A DNA stretch of 64,000 nt from Hormiphora californensis (Eukaryota > Animalia > Ctenophora), in contig CM035352.1 in the NCBI GenBank assembly GCA_020137815.1, forward strand, positions 8,866,001-8,930,000, given 5' to 3'. Shown in pieces: positions 61,040 through 64,000 of the stretch (position 1 is the stretch's first letter; each line of letters begins with the position of its first letter). The notes beneath the pieces were generated by a model. That model searched no databases, was not told the DNA's origin, and was given only the letters and a program-made list of their open reading frames with translations. A program made the position numbers and the translations under genes.

Positions 61040-64000
61040 ATGCTTCTGTTGCTTCTCTTTGCTGGCCTCCTATCAGGAGCTGTTGCTGCCAAGGAACAAT
61101 ATCCTCTCCATGGAACTCCTTTACCATTTTCCCAACCATGGGCCAACCCAGGCCTCAACGAGACATCCCTAGTCCTGGTTATGGACCTACTAAAGTCCAT
61201 CAATATGGATATGGTCCTGGAGGGTGCGATAAGATCATCAGATCTCGGGAACTCATCAGCATGTCTCACCAAACTGAATGCCCTTACATCGTTCTCTAAC
61301 CCCACTGAATCTATATCTTATTTTGATACCCTGGGAAAACCAGCCTCGGGACTCACCCGAAACCTCTTCGGGGCTAACTTCATGGGTAGTTATGATGAGT
61401 GTATGACATTGAAAAACAGTAGTTCTGGGTACTATGAGTGGTGTGCTGCTCACCTGACAGTCAACATCTCTCTAGGACCTGCCCTCACATACCCAGTACC
61501 CATCCGGTGGACGCTCTGTCAGCCCTTGGAGTGCAGGGAGGGAGATATTAGCCCGGTGGTGAGCTCTCTCTTCCAGGAGATAACGACACTGACAAAGGGA
61601 GCGGTGAAACTGGGATCTTTCTATCAGATCTGTAATGTAGACGATAGTTACACCGCAGGAGCCTATATTGGTATGATACTGGCGGGATTGTTTGCTGTTT
61701 TGGTTACCATGGCAACCATGTACCGGGCAGTGGCCCCTGTATTGGATAGTGCCCTACAGTCCGATAGTCCTTGGGACAAGACAGTGCTGGTGTCAGAAGA
61801 TGGCCTCCAAAAAGATGAGGTGTCTCCAACAGAAAAACAGAATGTCCCAGATTCAAAACTGGACAAGTTAGTGAGGTGTTTCGCCCTCCAGGACACCATG
61901 TCTGATCTCACTAGCACGGATGTTAAATCTGGGCAGGTGCTGTGTCTAAATGGTATACGGGTTCTCAGTATCAACTGGGTTATCCTGGGCCACTCATTCG
62001 CCTACTTTCTGAATCCCTCCGTGACCGGTGATTTGGGATATATGGGGGAGATTATCAAACGTCATTCCTTTGATACTGTCTCAAACGGCTTCCCATCCGT
62101 CGACTCCTTCTTCGCACTAAGCGGTTTCCTCGTGGCGTATCTGCTCCTGAAGCAGCTCACCAGGAAGGGAAGTCTCACTCCAGTTCAGTGGATCTCCTAC
62201 TACGTCCACCGGTACATCAGACTGACAATACCCTTCTCGATGGTGATACTGATAGAGGGGTTCTGTTATCAAGTGTGGTTTACAGGGCCCCAGCGACCTG
62301 AGATACAGGGAGCCCCAGGTAACTAGGGGTAACTAGGTGGTAGTTAGATAGTTAACTAGGTGGTAACAAGGGGGTAACTAGAGGGTAGTTTAGGAGACAG
62401 GAATCACCACACACCTCAATTATGTGATGATACCAATTGACAACCATACACCCACAGGTTGTCACAAGTCCTGGTGGAATAACCTGCTATACATCCAGAA
62501 CCTCTACCCCTGGAAGGTGGACACGCCCGGTACTTGTGTTGGACAGGCCTGGTACCTGGCTAATGACATGCAGTTTTATATATTCGCACCTCTTTTTATC
62601 CTTCCCCTATTTTACAAGCCTAAACTAGGTAAGTTCCCCAGTTTTATAAGCCTAAACTAGGTAAGTTCCCCTGTTTTATAAACCTAAACTAGGTAAGTTC
62701 CCCTGTTTTATAAGCCTAAACTAGGTAAGTTACACTAGACAGTAGACACCAGGAACCGACCGGACCAAGTAAACAACCAATCAGAGCTCGTTATTTAGGT
62801 CACGTGACTGGTTATCAGCCAATCAGGGACCAGTATTTCCTAATTCGGTCGGTTCCTGGTAGACACTCTCCTTGTATTGTTCAATGTTCATGTATATTTT
62901 TTTAGGGTAACACAACACTCTCCTTATATTTTGTCATTTCTTGTTACCCCTAACCCCCCTTTGACCTTCAAATCCATCTTACATCCAGGTGGTTTCCTTC
63001 TAACTGGAGCGGTGTCCGCTAGTGCAATAGCAGCAGCAGTGATCACATTCCACTACAAGCTGGGAATCTCCCTCATGGGGAACACCAACCCTGACCAGTT
63101 CTGGCTGACCTACGATAAGCCGTGGATACGGTGTACGCCCTATCTTATTGGCATAGCGGGCGGTTGGTTCTACTGGGCATGGGGAGAACATATCGTATCA
63201 ATAGTTCACAATACACCCATGGTTAGTTTAAGTCGCCTGACACTGTTTCCGTGCTCCGAATAAAAAGAAAGTATGAGCAATTCGTTAATATCGTTACGAA
63301 TTCTAACAATCTATCTTTTAAGTCCAATATATTATAGCAGTCTAGATTTCATATATTTAGCGAGAATCCTGACCCATTTCCAATCCTCTCCGGCCTCCTC
63401 AGTACATTAAAGTAGCGCTGTCAGTGCCGGTTTGGTTAATTACCTTTGGTCTACAATACGGTGTTGTGTACGGTCCCCACAGTGATACCCAAAACGAGAT
63501 ATTCCTTCAACGACCTGCCCCAACGGCCGATGCAGTGGCGTATGGGTGTCTAGCACGCATCGCTTGGGCGGTTTCCCTTGTAACACAGGTCAGATTGAAA
63601 TGTACTTTACACGTGTATCAAACATTAAAACTGAATTTGAATTTGAATTTAAACTCCCTGATAGTTGATACCTCATATATACATTACTGTACCACTACTA
63701 ACTTCATTCTTCCCTGACTCGACTCTTTCTCTTTCCGCTCCAGGTGTTGCTATGTCAGTGTTCCCTTGGCGGGTTCATCAACTCTCTTCTATCCTGGAAG
63801 GGATGGCTGGTTCTCTCTCGACTCACCTACTCAGTCTACCTAGTCCACATGGGTCTACTTAGTATCGTCCTGCTTCAGATGAGGGGCTCTTTCTTCCTTC
63901 AACCTGCCTTCCAAATGGTATGTTGTCATCTCACATCTGGTCTTAGGGAATAGATTACAGACTTAAGAGTCCACAAACCCCCCCAACTAAGTTTGTGCAA
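61040..64000 (+). CDS. NRF-6 / O-acyltransferase-like protein (NRF domain + acyltransferase-3), continues beyond the window
   Basis: Signal peptide; DTLGKPASGL...MGSYDEC (NRF); CLNGIRVLSINWVILGH, SVDSFFALSGFL, HRYIRLT, WWNNLLYIQN, WYLANDMQFY, YDKPWIRCTPYLIG, LSRLTYSVYLVH. Confidence 0.9.
62750..62858. mobile_element. hAT-type MITE, copy 3
   Basis: Same TIRs; perfect 8-bp TSD GTAGACAC (62742-49, 62859-66). Confidence 0.85.

Overview
Eukaryotic, intron-rich, repeat-rich DNA. It is most likely a cydippid ctenophore (Pleurobrachia/Hormiphora-like), judged from two copies of a 42-44 nt sequence that I recognise from memory as the ctenophore spliced leader (SL). Host genes: HERC2 5' part (-), MITD1 (+), a rhodopsin-class GPCR (-), a Delta/DSL-like type I membrane protein whose halves lie on opposite strands, GPD1 5' part (-), LHPP (-), a CEP97-like LRR+IQ gene (-) and an NRF-6/OACYL-like acyltransferase (+). 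Mobile DNA: (i) a ~4.3 kb capsid-only Polinton/Maverick (6-bp TSD, ~520-bp TIRs) in a HERC2 intron, with a 9.2 kb RTEX-like LINE inserted in its right TIR; (ii) a full-length CR1 carrying a nested Penelope fragment (with a minimal hammerhead ribozyme) and a Merlin-like foldback element that itself holds a second RTEX-like copy; (iii) an ORF1-only LINE derivative; (iv) several MITEs. The top observation is that two different retroelements each carry a genomic copy of the SL exon just upstream of ORF1, which suggests retrotransposons that cycle through SL trans-splicing. Everything was read by eye; family assignments rest on motif recognition, not database searches.
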